Positions 50,065-59,785 of a DNA stretch of 64,000 nt are shown here, piece after piece; the first letter of the stretch is position 1, and each line of letters starts with the position of its first letter. The stretch comes from a virus (taxonomy: Duplodnaviria; Caudoviricetes). The translations under genes and the position numbers were made by a program. The notes beneath the pieces were generated by a model. That model was given only the letters and a program-made list of their open reading frames with translations. It was not told the DNA's origin and did not search any database. The DNA is taken from positions 27,429 through 91,428 of the IMG/VR virus record IMGVR_UViG_3300007516_001784; one strand, given 5' to 3'.

Positions 50065-50646
50065 ATGAAACGCTACGATATCATCGCACATCTGATTGAG
50101 GCACGCGACTACAAGTCGTATCTTGAAATTGGTGTACTGGAACAAGAAACATTCAACAGCTTGCCGCCACTAGATGTTAAACATAGTGTTGATCCTAATG
50201 GGCAAGCTGTGTTTAATACTACCTCCGACGACTTTTTCAAGAATCATTGTGATCAATGTTATGATTTAATCTTTATTGACGGCTTGCATCTTGAAGAGCA
50301 AGTGCAAAGAGATATGGAAAATTCATTGACACACCTAAACGAAGGTGGCATAATTATAGTACATGACTGCTTGCCTTCGGCAGAGTACGAGCAACTGCGA
50401 GAAGGTGTTAGTGGCAAACCATGGACTGGGGACGTGTGGAAGGCATTTGCAAAGCTGCGAGCGGATCGTAGGGACTTAATTATGCGTGTTGTGGATACTG
50501 ATTATGGATGTGGGTTAATTGAGCGTGGTGTCGATCCGGTCGAGTACCACTCAATTGATGGCGATTACACCTGGGACTTCTTCTGTAAGAATCGTAACAA
50601 GATCATGGGTGTGATTACACCGGAGCAGTTTATTGGACGTTCATAA
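50065..50646 (+). CDS. Class I SAM methyltransferase (Methyltransf_24-like)
   Basis: SYLEIGV, TSDDFF, DLIFIDGLH, GG.I.VHDC, WTGDVWK; ATG at 50065. Confidence 0.85.
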   Translation: MKRYDIIAHLIEARDYKSYLEIGVLEQETFNSLPPLDVKHSVDPNGQAVFNTTSDDFFKNHCDQCYDLIFIDGLHLEEQVQRDMENSLTHLNEGGIIIVHDCLPSAEYEQLREGVSGKPWTGDVWKAFAKLRADRRDLIMRVVDTDYGCGLIERGVDPVEYHSIDGDYTWDFFCKNRNKIMGVITPEQFIGRS

Positions 50647-51160
50647 TCGAGATTGGGTTGTATCCCGTAACAATCTTTTGAATGGTAAGCTACTTGAGAT
50701 TGGTAGTTTTGTTGTGCCCGGCCAAGAACAGATTGCCTTGCGACCAGCAGTCGCAAAGTTTGTCAATAGCTATCTCGGCATTGACATGCGTGAAGGCCCT
50801 GGCGTTGATCTCGTAACTAGCGAAGACAACGCCTTTCCTTTTGAAGATAACACATTTGATGTCGTTGTATCGTTAGATACCCTTGAACACGTTCGCAACC
50901 CTTGGACGTTCATTGAAAACGCAGCGAGAGTCCTAAAGCCCGGTGGTCACTTCTTTTTGGCTACCGTGTTTTCATTTCCTATTCATGGTTACCCGGATGA
51001 CTACTGGCGTTTCACCCCCAATTGCTTGAAGATGCTCATCGAGACCTATGGTCTCGAAGTGGCAGGTGATTTGACGCCATCTGAATGCTGTACTAAAAAC
51101 CCTGCACATCACTTGGCGAACCCGACAATCGTTCGTCTAATTGCTAGAAAGCCACTATGA
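50633..51160 (+). CDS. Class I SAM methyltransferase
   Basis: LLEIGS, YLGID...GPGVD, FDVVVS..TLEHV.NPW, HGYPDDYWRF. Confidence 0.85.
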   Translation: MDVHNRDWVVSRNNLLNGKLLEIGSFVVPGQEQIALRPAVAKFVNSYLGIDMREGPGVDLVTSEDNAFPFEDNTFDVVVSLDTLEHVRNPWTFIENAARVLKPGGHFFLATVFSFPIHGYPDDYWRFTPNCLKMLIETYGLEVAGDLTPSECCTKNPAHHLANPTIVRLIARKPL

Positions 51161-52143
51161 ACGCCAGGACATTAGTTACTGGTTCGTCTGGATTTTTAGG
51201 TAAACATGTCGTTCCACTCTTACGTGCCGATGGTCATGAAGTGATGACCCCATCAAGTAACTCTTTGAACTTACTTGACCAAGACGCTAAGGCAATTGCG
51301 AGTTATCTTGTTGTCCACGAGGTAAGTACGGTTGTTCATCTTGCTGCAATTTGTGGTGGCATCGGCATCAATAAAGACAATCCAGGTAAGTTCATGTATG
51401 AGAACTTGCAGATGGGTCTTAACGTTATCGAGGCGTGTCGCCTCGCTAACGTAAATAAGCTTGTGAATTTGAGTACCGTCTGCTCGTATCCCAAGAACAC
51501 GCCGGTGCCATTTCAAGAGAGTGATCTATGGAATGGCTATCCCGAAGAGACGAATGCTCCATATGGCATTGCTAAGAAAACGATTGTGGAGCTTGGTATT
51601 GCATACCATAAGCAGTATGGTTTAAACGTCACTAATCTAGTGCCGGTTAATATGGCCGGTGAGCACGATCATTTCGATCTTTATTCCTCTCATGTTGTGC
51701 CAGCTTTGATTCGCAAGTTTGAAGAAGCTGATCAACAAAGAGAGTATGTAGATATCTACTCAATGTACCAAACGTTACCAACTGACAGAGCTTTGATTAG
51801 TGCCCCATCTGTAACCTTATGGGGTACAGGATCTGCTTCTCGCGAGTTTTTGTATGCCGGTGATTGTGCCAAAGCGGTTGCAATTGCCGTTCAAAAGAAT
51901 ACGGGGCCAGATCCTATCAATCTTGGCACTGGTCAAGAAATTACCATCAAGCAGTTAGCCGAGTTGGTAAAGCGAATTGGTGGCTATTCTGCCAATATCG
52001 AATGGGATCATACTAAGCCAGATGGTCAACCACGCAGATCACTAGATGTTTCAAGAGCTAAGAACGTGCTTCGCTGGGAAGCAACCACACCGATCGAAGA
52101 AACTGTGCGACGCACAATTGAATGGTATAGACAGAACCAATGA
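51157..52143 (+). CDS. fcl: GDP-L-fucose synthase
   Basis: VTGSSGFLG, HLAA.CGGI..N, CSYPK, PYGIAK, SHVVPALIRK, WGTGSASREFLY, KPDGQPRR. Confidence 0.93.
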   Translation: MNARTLVTGSSGFLGKHVVPLLRADGHEVMTPSSNSLNLLDQDAKAIASYLVVHEVSTVVHLAAICGGIGINKDNPGKFMYENLQMGLNVIEACRLANVNKLVNLSTVCSYPKNTPVPFQESDLWNGYPEETNAPYGIAKKTIVELGIAYHKQYGLNVTNLVPVNMAGEHDHFDLYSSHVVPALIRKFEEADQQREYVDIYSMYQTLPTDRALISAPSVTLWGTGSASREFLYAGDCAKAVAIAVQKNTGPDPINLGTGQEITIKQLAELVKRIGGYSANIEWDHTKPDGQPRRSLDVSRAKNVLRWEATTPIEETVRRTIEWYRQNQ

Positions 52144-53159
52144 GTAAGACAGCTATCATTACGGGCATCGGCGGCATGGACGGATTTTATCTATCTCGCT
52201 TATTGCTTGAAAAGAACTATAGGGTTGTTGGCATACTGCGTCGCTCCGCCAACAAGAATGATGCTCGTTTACGTACACTGCAAGGTTCACCCAACCTTCA
52301 TTTGGTTTATGGTGACGTTACTGATGCGGCAAGTATCAGTACGATAGTTGAGCAGTTTAGACCTGACGAATTTTATCATCTAGCCGCCAACTCTTTCGTG
52401 GGGTGCTCATGGACATCGCCCAACCATGTGTTTGAAACGAATACAATTGGCGTGATTAATTGTCTAGAAGCGTTGCGACAGTTCAAGAAGGACTGTCGTT
52501 TTTACTTTGCTGGCAGTAGCGAGATGTATGGCGATTACGTTAAGCGTAAGGGCGGTAACGTTCTTCTGGACGAAAACTCACCAATGATTGCCGCATCACC
52601 TTATGGAGTATCTAAGGTGGCGGGATATCAAATGACAAAGGTGTACAGAGAGTCATATGATATGTTTGCTGCGTGCGGCATTCTATTCAATCACTCTGCT
52701 CCTCATCGCGGCGAAGAGTTTTTTACTCGAAAAGTCACAAGTCAGTTGGCCAAGATCTTTTGGGGCCGTCAAGATCAACTTGTCTTGGGCAACCTTACTG
52801 CCAAACGTGACGAGGGCTATAGTGACGATTACGTTAAGGCTATGTGGCTCATGCTGCAACATGACAAGCCAGACGATTTCGTTATTTCAACCGGCGAGAC
52901 CCATAGCTGTCTAGAATGGCTTGACCACACACTCGACTTCTTTCACCTTTCAAGCGATTGTGTTACCACGTCTTCTAGTTTGATTCGCCCCAACGAAGTG
53001 AATGTATTAATTGGTGACTCTACTAAAGCACGCGAGGTTTTAGGGTGGACGCCATCTGTAAGCTACAAAGAATTGAATACTAAGATGTGTTGTTATGATT
53101 ACCATCTTCAATCATCGAACCCCGAGTTCGCTCGTCGAGCGGACGAGTTCCTTTTCTAG
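52140..53159 (+). CDS. gmd: GDP-mannose 4,6-dehydratase
   Basis: AIITGIGGMDGFYL, PDEFYHLAANSFV, SSEMYG, SPYGVSK, GILFNH, RGEEFFTRK, LGNL.AKRD. Confidence 0.95.
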   Translation: MSKTAIITGIGGMDGFYLSRLLLEKNYRVVGILRRSANKNDARLRTLQGSPNLHLVYGDVTDAASISTIVEQFRPDEFYHLAANSFVGCSWTSPNHVFETNTIGVINCLEALRQFKKDCRFYFAGSSEMYGDYVKRKGGNVLLDENSPMIAASPYGVSKVAGYQMTKVYRESYDMFAACGILFNHSAPHRGEEFFTRKVTSQLAKIFWGRQDQLVLGNLTAKRDEGYSDDYVKAMWLMLQHDKPDDFVISTGETHSCLEWLDHTLDFFHLSSDCVTTSSSLIRPNEVNVLIGDSTKAREVLGWTPSVSYKELNTKMCCYDYHLQSSNPEFARRADEFLF

Positions 53160-53167
53160 GAGTAAAT

Positions 53168-53854
53168 ATGAATAAGAATGAAAAGCCGCATGAGATCACT
53201 GAACGTGAGAAGCGTGCATGGCAAGAGGGTTCTAGGACCCGCAAACGTGATCGTCCTACATTGACAATGCCACAGCGTATTGAATTCTTGAAGATGGTTG
53301 CACAGCTTTCAAGTAATACAGCATTTGAAAGAAAGCTTGGATTGGGTGCTGCCGATGTTGACTTCTATAAAAAGGAGTTCAGTGTTGAAAATCAAGATGA
53401 TGCTAGACGTTTGTATAAACGCCTAGAGATCGACATGATTGAAGGCAACGAAGAGCGTATTATTAGCGAGACAGGCAAAGCTCGTGACGCTGAGGCTACT
53501 GCTAATCTTAGACTGAAAGAGCTTGAATTGCGTAAGACGATTGAGAAACGTGAAAAGGCCGTTGGCACGCCGAACGGTAATGCGATTCGTGCTGAGGATG
53601 CCGAACGTCAACAACGTTTCCAGCAAGAGCAAGACGCTCAAATGACAGAAGCTCTTAGCAAGGGTGAGCCTTGGTTTTTGCCACTTGAGGGTTCTGAATC
53701 CGATAGACGTGGTATGACCGAACGTTTCCGTCGAGACATTGAGAATTGTGGTTTACAGTTTTGTGTCGATAAGTATCAGGCCAATCTTCTTCAATTGAAA
53801 GCAGAAGCGGCAAGACTCAAGCTTCGCATCAATTGGGATAGAGTCAAAAGATAA
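53168..53854 (+). CDS. Hypothetical highly charged helical protein
   Basis: RBS AGGAG; 228 aa. Confidence 0.65.
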   Translation: MNKNEKPHEITEREKRAWQEGSRTRKRDRPTLTMPQRIEFLKMVAQLSSNTAFERKLGLGAADVDFYKKEFSVENQDDARRLYKRLEIDMIEGNEERIISETGKARDAEATANLRLKELELRKTIEKREKAVGTPNGNAIRAEDAERQQRFQQEQDAQMTEALSKGEPWFLPLEGSESDRRGMTERFRRDIENCGLQFCVDKYQANLLQLKAEAARLKLRINWDRVKR

Positions 53855-53864
53855 ACCGCAAACT

Positions 53865-54584
53865 ATGAAATTGACGCATCAAAGTTTGCAACAACTCTAC
53901 GACACCATGTCGTTGGATGAAATGGCTATTCATGTAGGCATGTCAAAGTCTACCCTGTATTATCATATGAAAAAGTTGGGCATCGCCCGTAGAAGTAAGA
54001 GTGACGCTCAACGTAAACACATTGAGACTACTGGTCATCAGAGAACTGGCAGCCATCATACGAGCGAGGCTCGCGAAAAGATATCGACGGGCACGAAAGA
54101 GTTTTGGGAGTCCGATAGAGGTAAAGATCAGAAGGCTGCGTTACGTAAATTGCGTCGCCAAGAATGGGCAGATAGTACAAGTAAGAAGCGTGGTGCCGTA
54201 CTGGCACGCCTTCAAGATGCTCACAGGCCGGAGCCCGGCGAGCTTTCGAACTTTGGAAAGAAGTTGTCCACGTTCCTTGCAAGTAGGGAACGTGTTTCTA
54301 CAGGAATCCGACTGACGAACGATCACATTAGTGACATAATCTTAGAGGACAGGAAGGTGGTTGTAGAGCTTATCTTCCCGATTAGTATCTATGGCGAACA
54401 ACAACAACATCGACTCGAAGAACGGTACGTACGCCTCACGCAGCATTTGAATGCCGCAGGCTATCGCGTTATGATCATCGAAGACAAGTCCAATTCTGTA
54501 TCGCAAGCTCGCTGTCAGCGGGTATATGATCAACTCTGTCTCTTTTTTCAAGAGACGCAACAGGCCAAGACAATCATTTCATGA
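53865..54584 (+). CDS. HTH + NUMOD3-like + Vsr-like domain protein (homing-endonuclease-like)
   Basis: MSLDEMA..VGMSKSTLYYHMKKLGI (HTH); GSHHTSEAREKIS (NUMOD3-like); DIILEDRKVVVE...L..AGYRV. Confidence 0.6.
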   Translation: MKLTHQSLQQLYDTMSLDEMAIHVGMSKSTLYYHMKKLGIARRSKSDAQRKHIETTGHQRTGSHHTSEAREKISTGTKEFWESDRGKDQKAALRKLRRQEWADSTSKKRGAVLARLQDAHRPEPGELSNFGKKLSTFLASRERVSTGIRLTNDHISDIILEDRKVVVELIFPISIYGEQQQHRLEERYVRLTQHLNAAGYRVMIIEDKSNSVSQARCQRVYDQLCLFFQETQQAKTIIS

Positions 54585-55288
54585 CTATCACACCCAAGCT
54601 ACCCCGATACGGCACTAACTGGGAAGATCAACTTCAACCTGCCGACGTTGGTATTCGAAAAGAAGAGAACAGGGAGATGCGAGTTGTATACTTGCGGGGT
54701 CTACAACGTCTTGCTCAAGACGCTGGCATGATTCGCAGTGAATGTAGACTCAACTTCATCACAAGGGACCAGACCGGATCAGTTGGCATCATGCAGGCTG
54801 TGTATACGGTTGAGTTTTCTGATGGTACTTGGTGGGTTGGAGCAGCCGACTGTAACTCGGCGAATACGTCAGAGAAGTACATGAAGTATCCAACGGCGGT
54901 GGCCGAGTCTCGTGCAGAAGCCCGTTGCCTTCGCAAGGCCCTGAACATTGGCATCCTATCGTCGGAAGAGATTGGCTTTACTGATGGTGGTGCGATTGAA
55001 CAAATTGCGGCCTCATCGAATAAGCAAGTGGATACACAGGTTGTGAAGGCTATTGAAAAGCTTTGTGAGTCTCGTGGCGTTACGAACGCCGAAGTGCTCG
55101 AAGTGGTTCTTAGTAAAGATCGCAATAGCTCCGTCTTTGAGCTTGGCGAATTGACGGTTGACGAAGGTCAGAAAGCCATGGGATGGCTAAACGAACAGAA
55201 ACTAAGGGCGGTCAAGTTGACCGCTACCCAAGAACGTGACGCCCGCAAGAAGGAATTGCGGGCACAGGCAGATAAGGATAATTCATGA
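54581..55288 (+). CDS. Putative single-strand annealing (Rad52/Erf-like) protein
   Basis: LRGLQRLA, GAADC, AVAESRAEARCLRKALNIG.LS.EE. Confidence 0.6.
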   Translation: MTITPKLPRYGTNWEDQLQPADVGIRKEENREMRVVYLRGLQRLAQDAGMIRSECRLNFITRDQTGSVGIMQAVYTVEFSDGTWWVGAADCNSANTSEKYMKYPTAVAESRAEARCLRKALNIGILSSEEIGFTDGGAIEQIAASSNKQVDTQVVKAIEKLCESRGVTNAEVLEVVLSKDRNSSVFELGELTVDEGQKAMGWLNEQKLRAVKLTATQERDARKKELRAQADKDNS

Positions 55289-55626
55289 AGATTACATATA
55301 CAAGCAAGAGTGGTCGTCTCGCCGCAGAGTTTGACGAGAAGTCCCAAAAAGATCTCTTCCAACAGATTTCTACATTTCAAGAAGTCTTTGAAGAGACGAA
55401 GTGTGGTGTCTGCGGTAACGAAGATTTGCGTTTTGTTGTCCGCAACGTTAAGGACAACGATTTTTATGAACTCCACTGCTTGAGCATTTCTTGCAAGTCT
55501 CGCTTGGCGTTTGGACAGCACAAGAAGGGTGAAACGCTGTTTCCGAGTCGCAAGGACGACGAAGGTAAGTGGCTACGTAACGGCGGTTGGACCAAGTGGA
55601 ACCCTGATACGAAGAAGGAAGAGTGA
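55285..55626 (+). CDS. Hypothetical Zn-ribbon protein
   Basis: CGVC...HC..C; LAFGQHKKG..LFP. Confidence 0.6.
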   Translation: MKITYTSKSGRLAAEFDEKSQKDLFQQISTFQEVFEETKCGVCGNEDLRFVVRNVKDNDFYELHCLSISCKSRLAFGQHKKGETLFPSRKDDEGKWLRNGGWTKWNPDTKKEE

Positions 55627-55994
55627 TGATTACTTTTCAAGAGTATCAAAAGCTTGCTGCCGCTACCGCAGTTTATCCTTTTGTTGGGGTCAGTCCAAAT
55701 AGTGTTGGTGAGACTGCACATTGTGAAAACTACATTTATCCTGCTCTTGGATTATGTGGAGAGGCTGGTGAAGTAGCTGAAAAAATCAAGAAGATTATTC
55801 GTGATAAAGGTGGTGCAGTATCAATAGAAGATAAGATGGCTATTGCCAAAGAGCTTGGCGACGTTATGTGGTATCTTGCCGCTCTATGCAAAGAACTTGA
55901 TCTTGATATGGGCGAAGTCGCTCAATGTAATCTTGATAAGCTTGCTGCTCGTGCATCAAAAGGAACTCTTGGTGGAAGCGGTGATAGCAGATGA
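55623..55994 (+). CDS. mazG: MazG-like nucleotide pyrophosphohydrolase
   Basis: F.EYQ..A..TA.YP, LGLCGEAGEVAEKIKK, KELGDVMWY, NLDKL..R. Confidence 0.88.
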   Translation: MMITFQEYQKLAAATAVYPFVGVSPNSVGETAHCENYIYPALGLCGEAGEVAEKIKKIIRDKGGAVSIEDKMAIAKELGDVMWYLAALCKELDLDMGEVAQCNLDKLAARASKGTLGGSGDSR

Positions 55995-56284
55995 GACGCA
56001 TTGGTGATGGACCTCCTGTAGACAAGAAGATGTTTACGTGTCCGCAATGCTTGCGGACACGTATGACTCGTCCATTGGATCATACAGTATCTCGTGACAA
56101 ACAAGAATTCAAGACGAAAGACGGTTTGTCTATTTTGTTAATGACTGACACTTGCGACGCTTGCGTCGCAAGGAACTATCGTAGGTATTTTGAACCAACG
56201 AGAGCAGACATTCGCAAAGTTCTCAGGGCTATGAATGATGAGGCTCAGGCGTCGCCTGATGTATCGCTAGAAGAATTGCTGTAG
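55991..56284 (+). CDS. Hypothetical Zn-finger protein
   Basis: CPQC...CDAC. Confidence 0.6.
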   Translation: MRRIGDGPPVDKKMFTCPQCLRTRMTRPLDHTVSRDKQEFKTKDGLSILLMTDTCDACVARNYRRYFEPTRADIRKVLRAMNDEAQASPDVSLEELL

Positions 56285-56285
56285 C

Positions 56286-57509
56286 ATGGTCAAACACGCA
56301 AATTTGTGGTTTGAATCGTGCCCAACCAAGCGTGAACTCACGTCTGGATTGATAAAGAATGTTGACACGCTCATCATCGGTGGCGGACTCGCCGGAGTGA
56401 GCTTGCTTTATAATCTTGTCAATAGCGGCATGGTCAATACATATCTCGTTGAAGAAAACTCTGTTGGGTTTCATGGGTCCGGTCGTGGCATGGGACAGCT
56501 TATGCTACGCGGTAGCAAGCTCTTTCATGAAATGCCAGATGGTGAAGAGTATCTGAATTTCGTTAGCGACAATAACTGTCGTTTCTTGAAAGGGTTACGA
56601 GCACTATCCTTTGATCATGACCTTCGTGAAACTGGTGGTCTAAGACTTGCCATGAACGATCAAGAGATGGCGTTGCTTGAACGTGAATCATGGTTTATTC
56701 AAGAGGTGCGTGGGATCGACTGTCCAATTCTTTCGAGACGACAGTTAGATTTACTAGTACCAGCTAAACATTTCATAGGTGGTATGTTTGTTCCTAATGA
56801 AGCTTCGTACAATCCATACAAAGTTGTGAATGGTTTGCGAGATACTGTTGAAAAAAACGGATCTCGTGTCTTTACTAACACTCAGGTAGAATCTGTACTT
56901 GCGAACGATGATGGAAGTTTAACCGTCTTAATTCGTCATCGTGGCACCATTCGAGCCAAACAAGTAGTGTATTGTCTTGGTGGATATACGAGTAGACTGC
57001 TACCAGAATTTGCGGACGTGCTTGTTCCATTTAGAGAGCAAGTAGTTGCTACCGATTATCTTGAAAACGACGCTATACAGACGCTCCCGACTATGAGCAT
57101 TTCATGCAATAATGGTCAGGAGCGATTTCGTCAGTACGCGAGTCGTTTCCTTATGGGAGGCATGCGACAGTCTGTGCGAGGCCAACAAGAAGGTCTCGTA
57201 TACGACGGAGAGATTAGTTCTGCGGTGTATGAAAAACTTCGTGTATTCGCCATCGAATCTTTTCCAGTCTTAAAACATTCTAAGTTCAGTCATGTCTGGT
57301 CAGGTGTTTTCTGTGGCACCAAAGATGATAAGCCATTGATTGGTCCGGTACCAAATCGCCCCAATCAATACATGATGACTGGTTTCGGTTGTTATGATTC
57401 TAGCAACGCAATTCTCGGCAGTATGTTGATCAAGGATTACATTAAGCACAAGGACTCGGCTGGGCCGGGCCACCAAATTTTGCATCCAGGACGTTTTTTC
57501 CATGTTTGA
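56286..57509 (+). CDS. FAD-dependent oxidoreductase (DAO/PuuB/glycine oxidase family)
   Basis: LIIGGGLAGVS, G.HGSGR..G, NPYK...GL, WSG....T.D.KP.IG. Confidence 0.85.
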   Translation: MVKHANLWFESCPTKRELTSGLIKNVDTLIIGGGLAGVSLLYNLVNSGMVNTYLVEENSVGFHGSGRGMGQLMLRGSKLFHEMPDGEEYLNFVSDNNCRFLKGLRALSFDHDLRETGGLRLAMNDQEMALLERESWFIQEVRGIDCPILSRRQLDLLVPAKHFIGGMFVPNEASYNPYKVVNGLRDTVEKNGSRVFTNTQVESVLANDDGSLTVLIRHRGTIRAKQVVYCLGGYTSRLLPEFADVLVPFREQVVATDYLENDAIQTLPTMSISCNNGQERFRQYASRFLMGGMRQSVRGQQEGLVYDGEISSAVYEKLRVFAIESFPVLKHSKFSHVWSGVFCGTKDDKPLIGPVPNRPNQYMMTGFGCYDSSNAILGSMLIKDYIKHKDSAGPGHQILHPGRFFHV

Positions 57510-59463
57510 TATCGCCACACCTTCTTTCACACTCCCCGATTCGTTTGTAGCCAAGTACCGTGGTAAACAGCCTCAATGGGGCAGCTTGGGTTATTTTACT
57601 TTTAAACGGACTTATGCCCGTGCCATTGAAAACGAAAGTCGTTCAGAGGAATACTGGGAGACGTGTCGTCGTGTAGTTGAAGGCACGTTCAGCATTCAGC
57701 GTAACCATTGCAAGCGTAATCATTTACCTTGGAATGAAGCAAAGGCTCAACGTACCGCTAAGCGTATGTTCGAGTTGATGTGGACGTTCAAGTTTCTTCC
57801 TCCGGGCCGTGGCCTGTGGGCGATGGGCACTAAATACGTTCAAGAGCGTGGTGGTGCGGCTCTCAACAACTGTGCCTTCGTTAGCACGAAAGATCTCGCC
57901 ACCGATCCTATTAAGCCATTCACGTTCATTATGGACATGAGTATGGTTGGTGTCGGTGTTGGCTTTGATACGATGGGTGCTGGCAAACTCTTAGTGAAGG
58001 GCGTGACAGTCAATCAGACTGAGCCGTTCGTTGTGCCAGATACTCGCGAAGGCTGGGTCGAAGCATTGCGACTTATGTTAGAGGCGTACATTCATGGCAC
58101 GCCAGGACCGTGGTTTGACTTTAGTTTAGTTCGTCCAGAAGGATCGCCCATCAAGGGATTTGGCGGTACTGCAAGTGGACCTCAACCATTGATTGAAATG
58201 TTGCAGGACATTCGCAAGGTGCTGGACGCAAAGACAGACCAGACGCTATCATCAGAAGATATCGTAGACATCGGCAATCTCATTGGCCGTTGTGTTGTCG
58301 CGGGCAACGTTCGTCGCTCCGCAGAGATCGTATTCGGCGATCCAACCGACGAGACATTTGCCCTTTTAAAGCAAGACAAAGAGAAGCTAGCTCACCACAG
58401 ATGGGCAAGTAACAACTCTATCTTCGCTACCGTAGGTATGGACTACGCTTGGCACGCTCGTCAGACAGCTACCAACGGCGAGCCGGGATATATGTGGCTT
58501 GACAATGCTCGTGCATACGGACGCATGAAGGATCCTGCCGACTGGGCAGATCGTGAAGCCGTTGGTGGTAACCCGTGCTTAGAGCAGACTCTCCATCAGT
58601 ACGAACTCTGTACTCTTGTCGAAACGTTCCCGTCGAGACATGAAAGTCTCGACGAGTATATGGAAACTCTCAAGATTGCATACCTGTACGCAAAGACCGT
58701 CACCCTGATTCCGACTCACTGGGCAGAGACGAACTCTGTGATGGCTAGAAACCGTCGTATCGGTTTGAGTCAGAGCGGCATCATCAAAGCGTTTGGTCGA
58801 CACGGTCGTCGTGAAGTATTGCGTTGGTGTGACAAGGGTTACGAATTCATCTCTGGGCTTGACATTCAGTATTCTAATTGGCTTGGTGTACCCAAGTCAA
58901 TTAAGAAGACTTCCGTCAAGCCCAGTGGGACTATCAGCTTGCTTGCTGGTGAGCCGCCCGGCATTCATTACCCGCACTCCGAGTATTACATCAGGCGAAT
59001 CCGCGTTGGCACGTCTTCGCCTTTAGTTGAAGCTGCCCGCGTAGCTGGCTATAAGATTGAAGCCGCTGTTGGCCAAGAGGCGAACACGGTCTGTATTGAA
59101 TTCCCTATCCACGAAGAGTTCTTTGTCCGTTCGAAGGACGACGTGTCGATCTGGGAGCAGGTTGCCAATGCAGTTGCGTACCAACGTTACTGGGCTGATA
59201 ACCAAGTGTCAATCACTGTGACTTTCAAGCCAGAAGAGCAGGAAGATATTCAGCACGTTCTTGAGCTATATGAAGACTCGCTCAAAGGCATTTCGTTCTT
59301 GCCAATTTCAGAGCATGGCTACGTGCAAGCTCCGTATGAAACTATTACAAAAGAGCAGTATCTTGAAATGTCAAAGGACTTGAAGGCCGTTATCTTTGAC
59401 AATGTTTCAGAGGGTGATGTAGTAGCTCCTAAGTTTTGTGATGGTTCATCTTGTGAAATCTAG
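57502..59463 (+). CDS. nrdJ: Class II (adenosylcobalamin) ribonucleotide reductase, monomeric RTPR type
   Basis: KRTYAR, PPGRGLW, ALNNC, VVAGNVRRSA, GGNPCLEQ, TSVKPSGT.S, C-terminal FCDGSSC. Confidence 0.95.
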   Translation: MFDIATPSFTLPDSFVAKYRGKQPQWGSLGYFTFKRTYARAIENESRSEEYWETCRRVVEGTFSIQRNHCKRNHLPWNEAKAQRTAKRMFELMWTFKFLPPGRGLWAMGTKYVQERGGAALNNCAFVSTKDLATDPIKPFTFIMDMSMVGVGVGFDTMGAGKLLVKGVTVNQTEPFVVPDTREGWVEALRLMLEAYIHGTPGPWFDFSLVRPEGSPIKGFGGTASGPQPLIEMLQDIRKVLDAKTDQTLSSEDIVDIGNLIGRCVVAGNVRRSAEIVFGDPTDETFALLKQDKEKLAHHRWASNNSIFATVGMDYAWHARQTATNGEPGYMWLDNARAYGRMKDPADWADREAVGGNPCLEQTLHQYELCTLVETFPSRHESLDEYMETLKIAYLYAKTVTLIPTHWAETNSVMARNRRIGLSQSGIIKAFGRHGRREVLRWCDKGYEFISGLDIQYSNWLGVPKSIKKTSVKPSGTISLLAGEPPGIHYPHSEYYIRRIRVGTSSPLVEAARVAGYKIEAAVGQEANTVCIEFPIHEEFFVRSKDDVSIWEQVANAVAYQRYWADNQVSITVTFKPEEQEDIQHVLELYEDSLKGISFLPISEHGYVQAPYETITKEQYLEMSKDLKAVIFDNVSEGDVVAPKFCDGSSCEI

Positions 59464-59495
59464 TAGACATGAGACTGATCTTGGTCATAATATAG
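59464..59495 (+). promoter_or_regulatory. Putative early/middle promoter TAGACA-N16-CATAAT
   Basis: Second copy of TAGAC...TTGGTCATAATRTAG, immediately before ATG 59498. Confidence 0.5.
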
Positions 59496-59497
59496 AC

Positions 59498-59785
59498 ATG
59501 CAGAACACACAAAAGTACGTTATGATCTTTGCTAAGGACGAGCAGGGTAACGAAATCAAATATCGTTTCATGCTTTCCATTAGTAAGTCAATTAAGTCAG
59601 TCGAAGAGAAGCTTCTTAAGGCTGTGATGGGTACCGATGGAGTCGATCGTATCGAGATTCATGGTCGATACACGGCTGAGGTCGTGATCGCTCGTGCCTT
59701 TGATGCCGAAGAGGTATTAAAGGTACTCACGCCCAAGCTCGATGAAGTACTCAGCGACATCATTGCGGTAAAATTGATTGTATGA
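59498..59785 (+). CDS. Hypothetical protein, weakly Nfu/NifU N-terminal-like
   Basis: VMGTDGVDRIEI...V..A.AFD.EEV pattern; ATG 59498 preferred over 59438. Confidence 0.5.
   Translation: MQNTQKYVMIFAKDEQGNEIKYRFMLSISKSIKSVEEKLLKAVMGTDGVDRIEIHGRYTAEVVIARAFDAEEVLKVLTPKLDEVLSDIIAVKLIV

Noticed and set aside
55623-55994. MazG plus IMPDH as a sign of a Z-base or 7-deazaguanine genome
   Set aside because: No purZ, datZ, queC/D/E, folE or dpdA in the window; MazG is common in phages
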